A stretch of DNA of 64,000 nt from an uncultured Chloroflexia bacterium (GTDB taxonomy: Bacteria > Chloroflexota > Dehalococcoidia > DSTF01 > JALHUB01): assembly GCA_963703345.1 (NCBI GenBank), contig OY969814.1:256001-320000 (forward strand), written 5' to 3'. The notes under the pieces are model-generated. The model had not been told where the DNA came from. It worked only from the letters and a program-made list of their open reading frames with translations, and did not search any database. Each line of letters begins with the position of its first letter. Position 1 is the first letter of the stretch. A program made the position numbers and the translations under genes. Of this stretch, positions 42,762 through 53,332 are shown in pieces.

Positions 42762-44356
42762 TACGTCTTCTCCTTCGCGGGCGGGATGAGCTTGCCGGGG
42801 TTCATAATATCAGACGGGTCGAGCGCCTGCTTGAGCGAACGCAGAAGCTCGACGCCGCCTTCGCCGAGGTATTCGGGCAGCCAACGCACGTGTTCGATGC
42901 CGATGGCGTGATGGTGGCTGAGCGCGCCGCCTCCGTCGATGATGGCGCGAGTTGCGGCGTCTTTCACCTCCTGCCATTGCCCCAGCTCCTCGCCCTCGCG
43001 CTGTCTCGCCAGGAAGGTGTAGTAGACCGAAGCGCCGTGCGTGTAGGCGTGCGAGAGATGGGCCATCACGATGCCGCGGCCGCCCATCGCGCTCAGCATG
43101 GCGTCCCTCGTTGAGCGGTAGAGCGGCAGGTAGTTGGACCAAGTCGTGGCCGTCTCCAGCGTGTCGACCATGACGGAGCGGTCGAGCAGGACGTCTCTCA
43201 GGTAAGGAGCGTCGAAGCGGGAGCGCCGCCAGGCCTCGCCGGGCCCCGAGCCGAGCGACTTGCCGCCGTGTCGCTCCATGACCGCTTCGGCGCGCTCCCA
43301 GGACGAGCGCACTTCCGCCTCGTGGCCGTCGAAGCCGAGGAGGAAGAGCGACATCGTCATGTTCTCCGCGCCGGCCTGCATGAGCGCTGTCGCCTCGCTC
43401 TCCGCCTCGTCGGAGAGGCGCAACAGGGAGGGTCGCAGCCCTGACTGCAGCATCGACCGCGAGGCCTCGACAGCCGCCGCGAAGTTTGGCATGAGGAAGG
43501 CCCGATAGTCGCTTCGTTCCGGTAGGGGCGCCAGGCGAATCACGGCCTGCGATATGATGCCGAACGCGCCCTCGGAGCCGGCGACAAGCTGGTTAAGGTC
43601 GGGGCCGGCTGCAGCGGCGGGGACCGCGGGCGTTTCGATAACACCGCCGGGAAAGTGGAGGCGCACGCTCTCGACGTTCTCCTCGATCTTGCCGTAGCGC
43701 GTCGAGTTCTGGCCGGCGGAACGCGTGGCGATCCAGCCGCCGAGGGTCGAGTACTCGAACGACTGCGGGAAGTGGCCGAGCGTAAAGCCGGCAGCGTTGA
43801 GCGACGCTTCCAGGGCCGGCCCGAAGATTCCCGCCTCCACCGTCGCCAGACCGGAGACGCGGTCGATGGCGACGACGCGGGCCATGCGTTGCAGGTCCAG
43901 GGTTAGCGCCGCCCTGTCGCCGACGGGCTCGACGCCGCCGACGACGCTGGTGCCGCCGCCGAATGGGATGACGGCGAAACCGTCGCTTGCCGCCAGTTCG
44001 AGGACGGCCGCCACCTGCGCCTCAGTCTCCGTATAGGCGACGGCGTCGGTGGGAGAGGCGATTTCGCCGCAGCGGATGCGGACGAGATCGCGGTAGCCTT
44101 TGCCGAGGCTGCGGACGGCTCGGTCGGCCTTGTCGATTGAGACGCCGGTGTCGCCAAGGATGCGTCGGAGCGCAGTGAGCTGCCGGTCTCCGAGGCGAGT
44201 GGGCCGTAGGGCTATCTCATCGAGCGAGCGCGGGCGGGTGGCCTCGCCTAGCTTGCCGAGGCGCTGTTGGAGGAACGTCCAGAACCGTTGCGGGTCGGCA
44301 AGGGCGAAGCTCTTGCGCTCATCGCCCCAGCCCCACCATCTCGTGGGCATGCGCAT
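42761..44356 (-). CDS. Alkyl-DHAP synthase-like FAD-binding oxidoreductase
   Basis: WWGWG, PFGGGTSVVGG, GHFPQSFEYSTLGGWIATRSAGQ.S..YG.IE, DTLETA, HLSHAY, SHHHAIG, NPGKL. Confidence 0.9.
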   Translation of the reverse strand: MRMPTRWWGWGDERKSFALADPQRFWTFLQQRLGKLGEATRPRSLDEIALRPTRLGDRQLTALRRILGDTGVSIDKADRAVRSLGKGYRDLVRIRCGEIASPTDAVAYTETEAQVAAVLELAASDGFAVIPFGGGTSVVGGVEPVGDRAALTLDLQRMARVVAIDRVSGLATVEAGIFGPALEASLNAAGFTLGHFPQSFEYSTLGGWIATRSAGQNSTRYGKIEENVESVRLHFPGGVIETPAVPAAAAGPDLNQLVAGSEGAFGIISQAVIRLAPLPERSDYRAFLMPNFAAAVEASRSMLQSGLRPSLLRLSDEAESEATALMQAGAENMTMSLFLLGFDGHEAEVRSSWERAEAVMERHGGKSLGSGPGEAWRRSRFDAPYLRDVLLDRSVMVDTLETATTWSNYLPLYRSTRDAMLSAMGGRGIVMAHLSHAYTHGASVYYTFLARQREGEELGQWQEVKDAATRAIIDGGGALSHHHAIGIEHVRWLPEYLGEGGVELLRSLKQALDPSDIMNPGKLIPPAKEKT

Positions 44357-44441
44357 TCCCTGTCGCTGACCGACGGTATCGCCTGGATTCTATCACGTCT
44401 CGCTGCTGACAGGGGCGACGAGAGCAGGATGGGGCCGCGAG

Positions 44442-45593
44442 CTAGACCCTCAGGGGCCGCGCGTGGAAGTGCATGCCCGACAACTGACCAGGTACCGCGG
44501 GAGTGGCGGGAACCCACTGCATGCGAACGTTGTCAAACGGCTCGCCCACGAGCTCGATCATCTCCTGGCGGATCTCGCCGATGCCCTGGTCACGCGCCAT
44601 GTTGAGCTGCCTTATCTGCGCGACGTCGTGGCCGGTGACGCGGGCGGCAGTGGCGTCGGCAGCGGCAGGGTCTTTGCTGGCAACCATCAGCCAGCCGCCG
44701 ATGCGCTGCTTCATGTCGATCGTAGTGCCGGCCTGCGGCCCTTCTGAGGGACCGTTGCCTTCGATGCCAATGGAACCGTCGATGATGGCCAGGTCAAGCG
44801 TCACGCTGTGAACGATGTCAAGGAAGACCTGTTCGATGCTGCGGTCCGTCCCGTGGAGGACCTGGCGCGACATGGTCCCGTCCGGCTTGGCGCCGTAGCG
44901 GGCGAGCGGCGTGGTGCCAACGAAGTTCTTCATGGAGAGGGTTAGCTGCGCCCACTGGTGTGTCTTCATCACGGGTACGGTGATGACGCGGTCGGCGTTG
45001 GCGACGTAGCTGGAAATGCCGATCTTGCCCAGGTTCGTCTGCGAGGGCACGTCCACCCATGCGGGGGAATCGGCGTCGAGGCAGGCGAGCGTCACCTTGC
45101 CCTTGTAAGCGGAGGTGAGGCGCTGCGCCTCCGCGGCCATGTTGGTCGAGTGGTCGAGCATCATGACCTTGTCCCAGGGCCAGCTCGGCATCTGCGTGGC
45201 ATCGCCGATGGTGACTTCGGCGGCGCCTGCCTTCAGGCATTCCTCGGCGACGGTCGTCAGGATCTCGGGCTTGGTGCATTCGCCGTTCGTGAATGGATCG
45301 CGGCCAGCGGGCATCCAGCCGATGGTGACGAAGTTGGGCTTGATAAAGACGGTCTCGCCCTGGTGGACGACGGAGCTCATGCCGCCAACGGCGTCAATGG
45401 CGTCGCGTGCCATGGCGCGAAGGTCGTCGCCTTTGATCAGGCCGACGCGGGTGAGAGGCTGCGACGTCTGGGTTGGGGGTCCCGCGGCGGGCGACCTGCC
45501 TTCCTTGCAGTCGGCTAGCAAGGGCGAAGCGCCGAGAAGGACGGTGGCGCCAGCGCTGATACGGAGGAAATCGCGTCTATCAATCCTGTTCAT
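44442..45593 (-). CDS. DUF362 family protein with Tat (lipo)signal
   Basis: MNRIDRRDFL...LLADC; VFIKPN, PVMKTH, TLSMKN, IIDG..G.EGNGP, DPAAAD. Confidence 0.85.
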   Translation of the reverse strand: MNRIDRRDFLRISAGATVLLGASPLLADCKEGRSPAAGPPTQTSQPLTRVGLIKGDDLRAMARDAIDAVGGMSSVVHQGETVFIKPNFVTIGWMPAGRDPFTNGECTKPEILTTVAEECLKAGAAEVTIGDATQMPSWPWDKVMMLDHSTNMAAEAQRLTSAYKGKVTLACLDADSPAWVDVPSQTNLGKIGISSYVANADRVITVPVMKTHQWAQLTLSMKNFVGTTPLARYGAKPDGTMSRQVLHGTDRSIEQVFLDIVHSVTLDLAIIDGSIGIEGNGPSEGPQAGTTIDMKQRIGGWLMVASKDPAAADATAARVTGHDVAQIRQLNMARDQGIGEIRQEMIELVGEPFDNVRMQWVPATPAVPGQLSGMHFHARPLRV

Positions 45594-45733
45594 CGCCCAT
45601 ATCTCCTGGTGGTAATGGCCCGTATGCCTGGATGCTATTTCTGCTTGCCATATTATGTCAAACAGACGCGTCGGGGAAGGCCGATGGTACAATGGCGATA
45701 CGAGCGACGGCCGTCTCAGCGTGAGGAGGCGAG

Positions 45734-46537
45734 ATGACTTTTGCCACCGTCAACAGAGTAAGGCTCTACTATGAGCGGCACGGCGAGACCGGCGAGCCGC
45801 TGGTGTTCGTGCACGGCTACACCGGCGACATCAGCGACTGGCGGTTGCAGATGGCGGAGTTCGCCGGCGACTATCGCGTGCTGGCGATGGACCTGCGCGG
45901 GCACGGACTGTCGGAGGCTCCAGCGGACCGGCAGTTGTACAGCGTCGAGCTGATGACGCGGGACGTGGAGGAGTTGATCGATCTAGCTGCGTTCGACCGC
46001 TTTCATCTCGTCGGGCACTCCATGGGCGGCGCGATCGCCCAAGAGATAGCGCTGCGGTGGCCGGAGAGGCTGCTTTCGTTGACGCTGGAGGACACGGCGC
46101 TCAAGTTCAGCGTGCCCTCGGACGACCCCGCGTTCCAGGTCCGCGCGCAGCGGCTTCAGACCGCCCTCAAAGGCGGCATGGCCGCCGCCGCGGCGCTTAC
46201 CTTCGGCGATGCGCCGCCGCACATGCCGCCGGAACGGATAGAAGAGACGAACGAGCGGCTGGCGCGGATGTCCGTCGACGCGTTTGTCGGCGCGGTGCAG
46301 GGGCTGCTCGGCTGGGAAGGCAGCGAAACGCGCGCTTCGCAGATCAGGACGTCGACGCTGATAATCTACGGCGATCTCGATGCGCCGTCGCTCGCGGAGT
46401 CTTCACAACGAATGGCGAAGCTCATTCCCAACGCGACGCTTGAGGCGATCCCCGAAGCGTCGCACTCGCCGCAATGGGAACGGCCGGAGCTATTCAACGC
46501 CTCGCTTCGGCGTCACTTGGAGGCGAACCGGGCCTAG
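45734..46537 (+). CDS. Alpha/beta hydrolase
   Basis: VHG, DLRGHG.S, GHSMGG, GDLD, SH. Confidence 0.92.
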   Translation: MTFATVNRVRLYYERHGETGEPLVFVHGYTGDISDWRLQMAEFAGDYRVLAMDLRGHGLSEAPADRQLYSVELMTRDVEELIDLAAFDRFHLVGHSMGGAIAQEIALRWPERLLSLTLEDTALKFSVPSDDPAFQVRAQRLQTALKGGMAAAAALTFGDAPPHMPPERIEETNERLARMSVDAFVGAVQGLLGWEGSETRASQIRTSTLIIYGDLDAPSLAESSQRMAKLIPNATLEAIPEASHSPQWERPELFNASLRRHLEANRA

Positions 46538-48600
46538 GTGCGGACGCGCACGTCACTTAGCTGGGCGGCAAGACCTTCCGGCTCGGTGACCGGCAGCGTG
46601 CAGCGGTGGTTTTCGCAGACGAATGCCGTCGGCCGGCCGTCGAGCGGCGTGCGGTCTTCGAGCAGGGGCGACGATAGCTTCTCCGGCGGCGCTTCGGCGC
46701 CCGCGACGATCTTGTTCGGCAGGTAGCGGTCGTAGATGACGGCGAGAAGGCGTTGCGTTCGCGGGTCGTCACGCGGGCCGATGACGACGATCTCCTTCAC
46801 CTTCGAGAGATGGAAGTCCAGCGCAGCGAGCCAGCGGGGCAGCGCCGAGGGCACCGAGCCCATGAGGTTGTGCACCATGCGGAGCTCCGCAACGGCGTAG
46901 GGCTCGAAGTCCGTGCGGCCGGTGAGGAGCGCCAGACGCAGCAGAGCGAGAGTGGCGGTTGAGCTGCCGGAGGGGTAGGCGTTGTCGAAGAGGTTGCGGG
47001 GACGGACGATGATCGACGGTTGATCGCGCGGCGTGTCGAAGAAGGATTCCGTGTCCTCTTTCCAGAAGAGGTCGATCATGCGGTCGGCGAGATCAACGGC
47101 CCGGGTCACCCAGTCGTAATCGAACGTCGCCTCGTAGAGCGTGACGAGGGCGTCAATCAGCGAGGCGTAGTCTTCGAGGTAGCCTTCGGTCTGGGCGCGG
47201 CCGTCGCCGGACGCTTTCCACGTGCGAAGCAATCGTTCCCCGGTGAACAGCGAGCGGAGGATGAAGCGGGCGTTGTTCTCGGCGATGCGAACGTACGCGG
47301 GATTGCTGAGCGCTGCGCCCGCCTCGGCGAAGGTCTTGAGCATGAGGGCGTTCCAAGCCGTGATCACCTTATCGTCGGTGCCAGGATGGACGCGCCTCTC
47401 GCGGGCCGCGAAGAGATGTGAGCGGACCTCCCGCACGGCCTTTTTCAGCTCTTCGACGGGCATCTGCAGCGCCTGCGCTGCCTCTTCGTCGTCGAGAGGC
47501 AAGGAGAGAACGTTGCGGCCACTAAAGTTGCCTTCGTCGGTGATGCCGAAGTAGACGCGGGCGACGCGGCTCAGTCCCGGCCCAAGCAGCCGGTCGACCT
47601 CTGACGCTTCCCAGGTGAAGAACCTTCCTTCCTGGCCCTCGCTGTCGGCGTCTTGTGACGAATAGAAGGCGCTACTGGGGTGCAGCATCTCGCGTTCGAC
47701 GTAGGCCAGCGTCTCTTCGACGATGCGACGGAAGAACGGCTTGCCCGTCGCCTGCCAGAGATGGAGGTTGAGCATAGCGAGGAGGGCGTTGTCGTAGAGC
47801 ATCTTCTCGAAGTGGGGGACCAGCCAGCGAGCGTCGGTGCTGTAGCGGTGAAAGCCGCCGCCGATCTGGTCGTACACGCCGCCGCGGGCAATCTTGTTGG
47901 CCGTGATCTCCGCCATCGAGACCGCCCGCACCTCAGCGGAGCGATGCCAGTAGCGGAGAAGGAACTCGTGGACGAGCGGCTGCGGGAACTTGGGCGGAGG
48001 GCCGAAACCGCCGTTCTCGGAGTCGAAACCGCTGCCCAGGGTTCGGAAGGCTTCGTTCAGGGCGTGCGCCGAAAGCGACGAAGCGGCCGGCGGCGTCCGG
48101 TTCTGACTCTTCAGGAACGTGACCACTCTCTCGCCGGCGGCCTCCATGTCGTCGCGGCGCTCTCGATAGGCGCCGGCGACGGCGACGAGAATGTCGCGGA
48201 AGGACGGCAGTCCGCCCTGGCGTCGAGAGGGGAAATAGGTGCCGGCATAGAAAGGCCGGCGGTCGGGAGTCAGGAAGACGGACATTGGCCAGCCGCCCTG
48301 TCCCGTCATGCCCTGGACGGCCCGCATGTAGACGGCGTCGACGTCCGGGCGCTCTTCGCGGTCCACCTTTATGCTGACGAAGTTGGCATTCAGAAGGGCG
48401 GCCGTCTCCTCATCTTCGAACGATTCTTTCTCCATGACGTGGCACCAGTGGCAGGAGGAATAGCCGACGCTGAGGAAGATCGGCTTGTCTTCGGCGGCCG
48501 CGCGGGCGAAGGCCTCATCGCCCCAGGGATACCAGTCGACGGGGTTGTCCTTGTGCTGGAGGAGGTAGGTGCTGCTTTCGCCGGCCAGTCGGTTTGGCAT
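46534..48600 (-). CDS. YyaL/DUF255 thioredoxin-domain protein
   Basis: [46 protein letters not shown]. Confidence 0.95.
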   Translation of the reverse strand: MPNRLAGESSTYLLQHKDNPVDWYPWGDEAFARAAAEDKPIFLSVGYSSCHWCHVMEKESFEDEETAALLNANFVSIKVDREERPDVDAVYMRAVQGMTGQGGWPMSVFLTPDRRPFYAGTYFPSRRQGGLPSFRDILVAVAGAYRERRDDMEAAGERVVTFLKSQNRTPPAASSLSAHALNEAFRTLGSGFDSENGGFGPPPKFPQPLVHEFLLRYWHRSAEVRAVSMAEITANKIARGGVYDQIGGGFHRYSTDARWLVPHFEKMLYDNALLAMLNLHLWQATGKPFFRRIVEETLAYVEREMLHPSSAFYSSQDADSEGQEGRFFTWEASEVDRLLGPGLSRVARVYFGITDEGNFSGRNVLSLPLDDEEAAQALQMPVEELKKAVREVRSHLFAARERRVHPGTDDKVITAWNALMLKTFAEAGAALSNPAYVRIAENNARFILRSLFTGERLLRTWKASGDGRAQTEGYLEDYASLIDALVTLYEATFDYDWVTRAVDLADRMIDLFWKEDTESFFDTPRDQPSIIVRPRNLFDNAYPSGSSTATLALLRLALLTGRTDFEPYAVAELRMVHNLMGSVPSALPRWLAALDFHLSKVKEIVVIGPRDDPRTQRLLAVIYDRYLPNKIVAGAEAPPEKLSSPLLEDRTPLDGRPTAFVCENHRCTLPVTEPEGLAAQLSDVRVRT

Positions 48601-48628
48601 CTCTCCCGCGAAGCCTTTCCGGCGCCCG

Positions 48629-49027
48629 TTAGCGGCTGCCCAGGAGCCTGTCCGGCTCGATCCGGATGATGACGCGCTGCTCGCTGGGTGAGCGGAACGG
48701 GTATTTGTCCTGCCCGAGGTACTTCTTCGCCAGCTTGTCGATGTGGGCGTCGGCGCCCTCACGCGTCACCTCGACGACGTGGCCGCGGAGAGCAAGGACT
48801 TCATAAGCGTTCTGCCGGTCGACGACGTTGACGGCGACACGGGGGTCGCGGCGGATGTTCTTCAGCTTCTGGCGTCCCTCCGCGGTGTTGATGAGAACGT
48901 AGCCGTCGTCGTAGTCGACCCAGACGGGCACGACGTGGGGCGCGCCGTTCGGCATTACGGTGGCGATGTTCGCTATGTTAGGCGCCAGGAGCAGCGCTTT
49001 CGCCTTCTCCGGCAGTTGGACAGCCAT
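48629..49027 (-). CDS. PPOX-class F420-dependent oxidoreductase
   Basis: [41 protein letters not shown]. Confidence 0.88.
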   Translation of the reverse strand: MAVQLPEKAKALLLAPNIANIATVMPNGAPHVVPVWVDYDDGYVLINTAEGRQKLKNIRRDPRVAVNVVDRQNAYEVLALRGHVVEVTREGADAHIDKLAKKYLGQDKYPFRSPSEQRVIIRIEPDRLLGSR

Positions 49028-49077
49028 GTCCGTCTCTCCTCGTTACGCAGTCCCGCCAAACGTGTTGAGCAACAAGA

Positions 49078-49105
49078 GAGACGCCGAGGAAACCTCCGGC
49101 GTCTC
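49078..49105 (-). terminator. GC-rich hairpin with pyrimidine tail upstream of the PPOX gene
   Basis: GAGACGCCG/CGGCGTCTC stem followed on the minus strand by TCTTGTT. Confidence 0.4.
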
Positions 49106-49355
49106 CCCTAAGACCAGCATCGGCGCGGGCAATCCGTTTGTCAACCCCAGAATCGCAACCGAGACCGCGTCCGCCTGGTCAATCGTCATTTGCCGCCTGT
49201 CCGGCGGCTACCCACCCAGCTTATGAAGCGTTCATCGTTATATTCGCCGAAAGGGGTGAAGCAGTCGTGAAAAGGAGCCGCATTCGCATGAAGAAGGCGT
49301 GAGCGAAGTGCGAGGGACACGATGTTCAGGCGCGCGTCGATGCTACACTGAGCTC

Positions 49356-50024
49356 GTGGACGCGTGGGAGAAGCTGAACGACGACGTGGTGAACTGTCGC
49401 AAGTGCCCGCGATTGGTCTGGTGGAGGGAGAAGGTGGCGGCGGAGAAGCGCGCCGCCTTCCGCGACTGGACGTACTGGGGACGCCCGCTCCCCGGCTTCG
49501 GCGAGAAGGCGGCCAGGCTGATGGCGCTGGGGCTGGCGCCGGCGGCGCACGGCGGCAACCGCACGGGACGCATCTTCACCGGCGACCGTTCCGGCGACTG
49601 GCTCTACCGGGCGCTGTACCGCGCCGGCTTCGCTAATCAGCCGACGAGCGTGAGCCGCGACGACGCCCTTGAGCTCCGCGGCGCCTACGTCACGGCGGCG
49701 GTCCGTTGCGCTCCGCCAGGCAACAAACCGACGCCGCAGGAACGCGACAACTGCAGTCGCTATCTTCAGCGGGAGTTCGGGCTGCTGGAGGAACTTCGCG
49801 TGATCGTGGCGCTGGGCCGCTTCGCCTATGACGCGACGGCGGCGGCGCTGGGCCTGCACGGGCGGCTCCCGTTCGGCCACGGCGTCGAGTGGCGTCTGCC
49901 GGACGGTCGCGTCGTCCTCTGCTCGTACCACCCGAGCCAGCGGAACACGTTCACGTCCCTGGTGACGGAGGAGATGTTCGACGGCATCTTCCGGCGGGCG
50001 CGGGAGCTGGCGGAAGGCGGCTAG
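49356..50024 (+). CDS. Uracil-DNA glycosylase family 5 (UdgB-like, Fe-S)
   Basis: [43 protein letters not shown]. Confidence 0.93.
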   Translation: MDAWEKLNDDVVNCRKCPRLVWWREKVAAEKRAAFRDWTYWGRPLPGFGEKAARLMALGLAPAAHGGNRTGRIFTGDRSGDWLYRALYRAGFANQPTSVSRDDALELRGAYVTAAVRCAPPGNKPTPQERDNCSRYLQREFGLLEELRVIVALGRFAYDATAAALGLHGRLPFGHGVEWRLPDGRVVLCSYHPSQRNTFTSLVTEEMFDGIFRRARELAEGG

Positions 50025-51295
50025 GCTTTTCGCCAGGTCGTGCCGGCGGGTGTGTCCTCGAGGACAATGCCCAGCGCGGCGAGGCGGTCGCGAAGCTCGT
50101 CGGCGATCTCCCACTGGCGGGCGTCGCGCAGCCGGTTGCGCAGGTCGATCAGGAGTTCGACGAGCGGCGCCAGGTTCGCTACGAGCTCACCGCCGGTAGA
50201 ACCCATCTCTCTGCCCCACAGATCAACGAGCGTCCGCAGCTCGGCGCGGGCCCCGAGGACGACCTCAGCCTCGGCGCCGGTCGCTTCCGCGCGCTCGATA
50301 GCCTGCACCAGCTCGTAGGCCTGGCCGGCGATCGCGGCGTCGGATCCGCCGTCGGGGCGCTCAACCAGCGTCCGCTCGGTCTCGCCGACGGTGCGCGCCA
50401 GGTCGTCCCTGGCCTGGGCGGGAGTCTTCCGGACCGGCGCTTCGACGACGGGCGCGCTGAGCGACATGGCAGCGCTGCGCAGCTCGTCGAGGCTGAACGC
50501 GCTGTTAGCGGGAAAGACCTTGTCTTCGCCGCCGGGACGTCGCACCGTGACCTGACCCGCGCCCGTCACGCGGCACTCGCCTTCGCCGAGGACGAGGATG
50601 CAGGCTGTGTACTCATCGATGCCTACGATGACCGTCCACTCCGGCAGGAGCGCCTCCAGGGCGTCGAAACGGGGCTTGCCCATGAAGCAGAAGCGCGTGT
50701 CGTAGGTGCCGCCCTCGCTGTTGTTCCAGTGGGGGACGATCGTCAGGTCGAGGCCGTAGGGGGCGAGCAGGTTCAGCCCTTCGGTCCAGTGCGGATCGGC
50801 ACCGACTTTGTAGATCTCGTAGACGGGCAGCGAGTAGTGGCCGATGGCGATCGCGGCGGCGCTGGCCAGCGCGAGGTGGCTGCCTTCGTCGACGCGTCGC
50901 GCCACGGCGTCGATGACGGGCGTGCCGGTCCAGTTGCGGATAGCGTAGGAAGGACTGCCGGGCCCGGCGAAGATGTAGTTGGAGCTTTCGATCTTCCTGA
51001 CGGCGTTCTTCACCTCGGCATCGGTAGCGCTCTTCGCCGACTTGAAGCCGGCGAGGGCGCAGGGCACGCCCAGGTAGCGTTGAACGTAGGCGCGGGCGCG
51101 TTCCGAGATGTTGTCGGCGTTCAACTCGAAACCGGCGGGAGTGTCAAGGAAGACGGCGCGGACGGGGCCATCGATGCGGGATGCGATCCACTGGTGCACC
51201 CGCGTCATCGACTCCGTTAGCTCGCCGGAGCCCATAAGGGTGACGGTGCCTGCCTGCCGGTAGGCGGGGCCGCCTGAGGGGTCGCCGCGCTCCAT
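50021..51295 (-). CDS. Peptidase S51/cyanophycinase-like domain fused to a CysRS-type C-terminal helical domain
   Basis: [45 protein letters not shown]; C-terminal R..LR...W..AD.LRD.L...GIVLEDT..GTTW. Confidence 0.8.
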   Translation of the reverse strand: MERGDPSGGPAYRQAGTVTLMGSGELTESMTRVHQWIASRIDGPVRAVFLDTPAGFELNADNISERARAYVQRYLGVPCALAGFKSAKSATDAEVKNAVRKIESSNYIFAGPGSPSYAIRNWTGTPVIDAVARRVDEGSHLALASAAAIAIGHYSLPVYEIYKVGADPHWTEGLNLLAPYGLDLTIVPHWNNSEGGTYDTRFCFMGKPRFDALEALLPEWTVIVGIDEYTACILVLGEGECRVTGAGQVTVRRPGGEDKVFPANSAFSLDELRSAAMSLSAPVVEAPVRKTPAQARDDLARTVGETERTLVERPDGGSDAAIAGQAYELVQAIERAEATGAEAEVVLGARAELRTLVDLWGREMGSTGGELVANLAPLVELLIDLRNRLRDARQWEIADELRDRLAALGIVLEDTPAGTTWRKA

Positions 51296-51355
51296 CGCTC
51301 TCTCCGCTGAGGACGATCGCCTCGGTAGCTCAATTATACGCGAACCGACGTCCGT

Positions 51356-52072
51356 TCAGGGCGACGAAAGGGCCTGTCGCGCGCGGTCCGGATAGTCGGA
51401 CGTGATCCCGTCGACGCCGAGGGACGCGAGCCGGCGGACCTCCGCGGCGTCGTCGACCGTCCAGCAGTAGAGGCGCAGCGAACGGCGCAGCGCAGCCGCG
51501 ACAAGGCGCTCGTCGACGAGGCCGTGCAGGACGCCGAGCCCCTGCGCGTTCAAAGCCAGCGCGGCGTCGATTGTGCCGTTGGGGTCGACGATGCGGGCGG
51601 TAAGGAGAGCGCAAGGAAGCCGCGGCTCAAGGCGCCGGACGGTGGCGATGGCGTCCAGCAGGAAGGAATGGACGGTGCAGCGGTGTACAGCATCCATGCG
51701 ACGGACGACTTCGACGACCCGCGGTTCGATGCCTTCCCGCTTGATCTCGATGACGAGGAAGATGCGCTCTCCCGCCGCCGCGACGGCCTCTTCCAGCGTC
51801 GGTATGCGCTCTTCGGGAAAGCGCGCGTCGCCCGCAGAGAGGCGTCGCGCTTCCGCGAGCGTCATGGCGCTAACGGCGCCGCTGCCGTTTGTCGTGCGGT
51901 CGACGGTCTCGTCGTGCATAAGGACGGGGACAACGTCGGCGGTGCAGCGGACGTCTACCTCGACGGCGTCGGCGCCCAGGGCGATCGCCTTGTCGATGCC
52001 GGCGAGCGTGTTTTCGGGCGCGTGACCCATGCAAGCGCGGTGAGCGGTAATCAGCGGGAATGGTCGGATCAT
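51356..52072 (-). CDS. Glycerophosphodiester phosphodiesterase
   Basis: AHR, PENTL, EVDV, HD..VDRTT, EIK, WTVD, GITSDYP. Confidence 0.93.
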   Translation of the reverse strand: MIRPFPLITAHRACMGHAPENTLAGIDKAIALGADAVEVDVRCTADVVPVLMHDETVDRTTNGSGAVSAMTLAEARRLSAGDARFPEERIPTLEEAVAAAGERIFLVIEIKREGIEPRVVEVVRRMDAVHRCTVHSFLLDAIATVRRLEPRLPCALLTARIVDPNGTIDAALALNAQGLGVLHGLVDERLVAAALRRSLRLYCWTVDDAAEVRRLASLGVDGITSDYPDRARQALSSP

Positions 52073-52199
52073 CTCGTCATGATTGTAGACTATTCGCGAC
52101 TCCGTCCGCAGCGCCTTCGCCTCGGGTTTTTCTCAAATGCCTTCGGGGCTAAGATCTGCACACAAGGTCGACAGGCGCGGCGAGCGCAAGGAGGGACAA

Positions 52200-53216
52200 A
52201 TGCCCTGGAATGACATGCGACCAATCTTTCGGCCGGAAGGCGTCCATATGGGCGTCATGCGTGCCGACCCGAAGAAGTGCACGCGGACTCGCGGCTCGTC
52301 CTGCCAGTTCTGCTGGGAGAACTGCCCTTTTCGCGCCTGGGAGCTCGTGGAGGGGCAGGAACCGCGGCTGGCGGCAGGCTATGCCTGCTTCAGTTGCCAC
52401 AACTGCGTCGTCGCCTGCCCGCGGAACGCCATCTCCGCCGTCGAGCCGTATCACGTCGGTGAGGGCTACTTCGTCACGCTGCCGAAGGGCATCGAGTTGC
52501 GACGTCCCGTGAAGCCGCTGGACGCGGAGGGCAAGCCCGACGAGTGGACGCCTCTAGAGAAGGCGGTCCTGAACCGTCGCAGCGTGCGCAACTTCAAAGA
52601 CAAGCCGGTCCCGGAGCATCTGGTGAGGCGCGTGCTTGAGGCGGGACGGTTCGCGCCCAGCGCCGGCAACTGCCAGCCGTGGAAGTTCATCGTTGTCAGC
52701 GACAGGGCGCTGCTGAATGAGATGAACGAGGCGATGTTCAACGCTCTGAGCATCGTTGCCACGACGTACACGGACGACGAGATGGTCAAGCAGGTCGCCG
52801 CGGCGGTCGAATCGACGGGGCAGGCGCCGGGAAGCTTCGATCCGCGCATGGCGCTGGGAGTGATGAGATCAATTGGCAGGAGATATAAGCCGGTCTTGCT
52901 CGGCGCGCCGGTGGTCATCCTGATGCTAGAGGACCAGCGGGCGGTTTCGGCCGGCGGGATCAACGTAGGGATATGCGGACAGAACATGACCCTGGTCGCC
53001 AACTCGCTGGGGTTGGGCGCATGTTGGGTGGGCTTCGTGACGGTGCTTTCGCGGTTGCCGGGGTGGCCGGAGAAGCTGGGAATTGCGCCGCCCTGGAGGC
53101 TCGTGGCGTCGGTGGCGCTCGGCTATCCGAAGTTCAAGCAGGAAGGGATCGTGCCGCGCGAGTATCGCCCGGTGACCTGGTTCCGCGAGGGCGCCGCCGG
53201 CTCTTTCGACGAATAG
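52200..53216 (+). CDS. Nitroreductase with N-terminal 4Fe-4S ferredoxin domain
   Basis: C...CQFCWENCP and CFSCHNCVVACP; RRSVRNF, APSAGNCQPW, LGLGACW, LGYP. Confidence 0.9.
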   Translation: MPWNDMRPIFRPEGVHMGVMRADPKKCTRTRGSSCQFCWENCPFRAWELVEGQEPRLAAGYACFSCHNCVVACPRNAISAVEPYHVGEGYFVTLPKGIELRRPVKPLDAEGKPDEWTPLEKAVLNRRSVRNFKDKPVPEHLVRRVLEAGRFAPSAGNCQPWKFIVVSDRALLNEMNEAMFNALSIVATTYTDDEMVKQVAAAVESTGQAPGSFDPRMALGVMRSIGRRYKPVLLGAPVVILMLEDQRAVSAGGINVGICGQNMTLVANSLGLGACWVGFVTVLSRLPGWPEKLGIAPPWRLVASVALGYPKFKQEGIVPREYRPVTWFREGAAGSFDE

Positions 53217-53332
53217 GACGCCGATCGCGGCGCACAAGCGGCTGACCGCGCGTCCACCATCTACTCGTCGGGATGCTATCCTCGAAGCCGGTCTGCCGGC
53301 AAGCGGCCGCGTTGGGCCGTACTAACCTGTAG

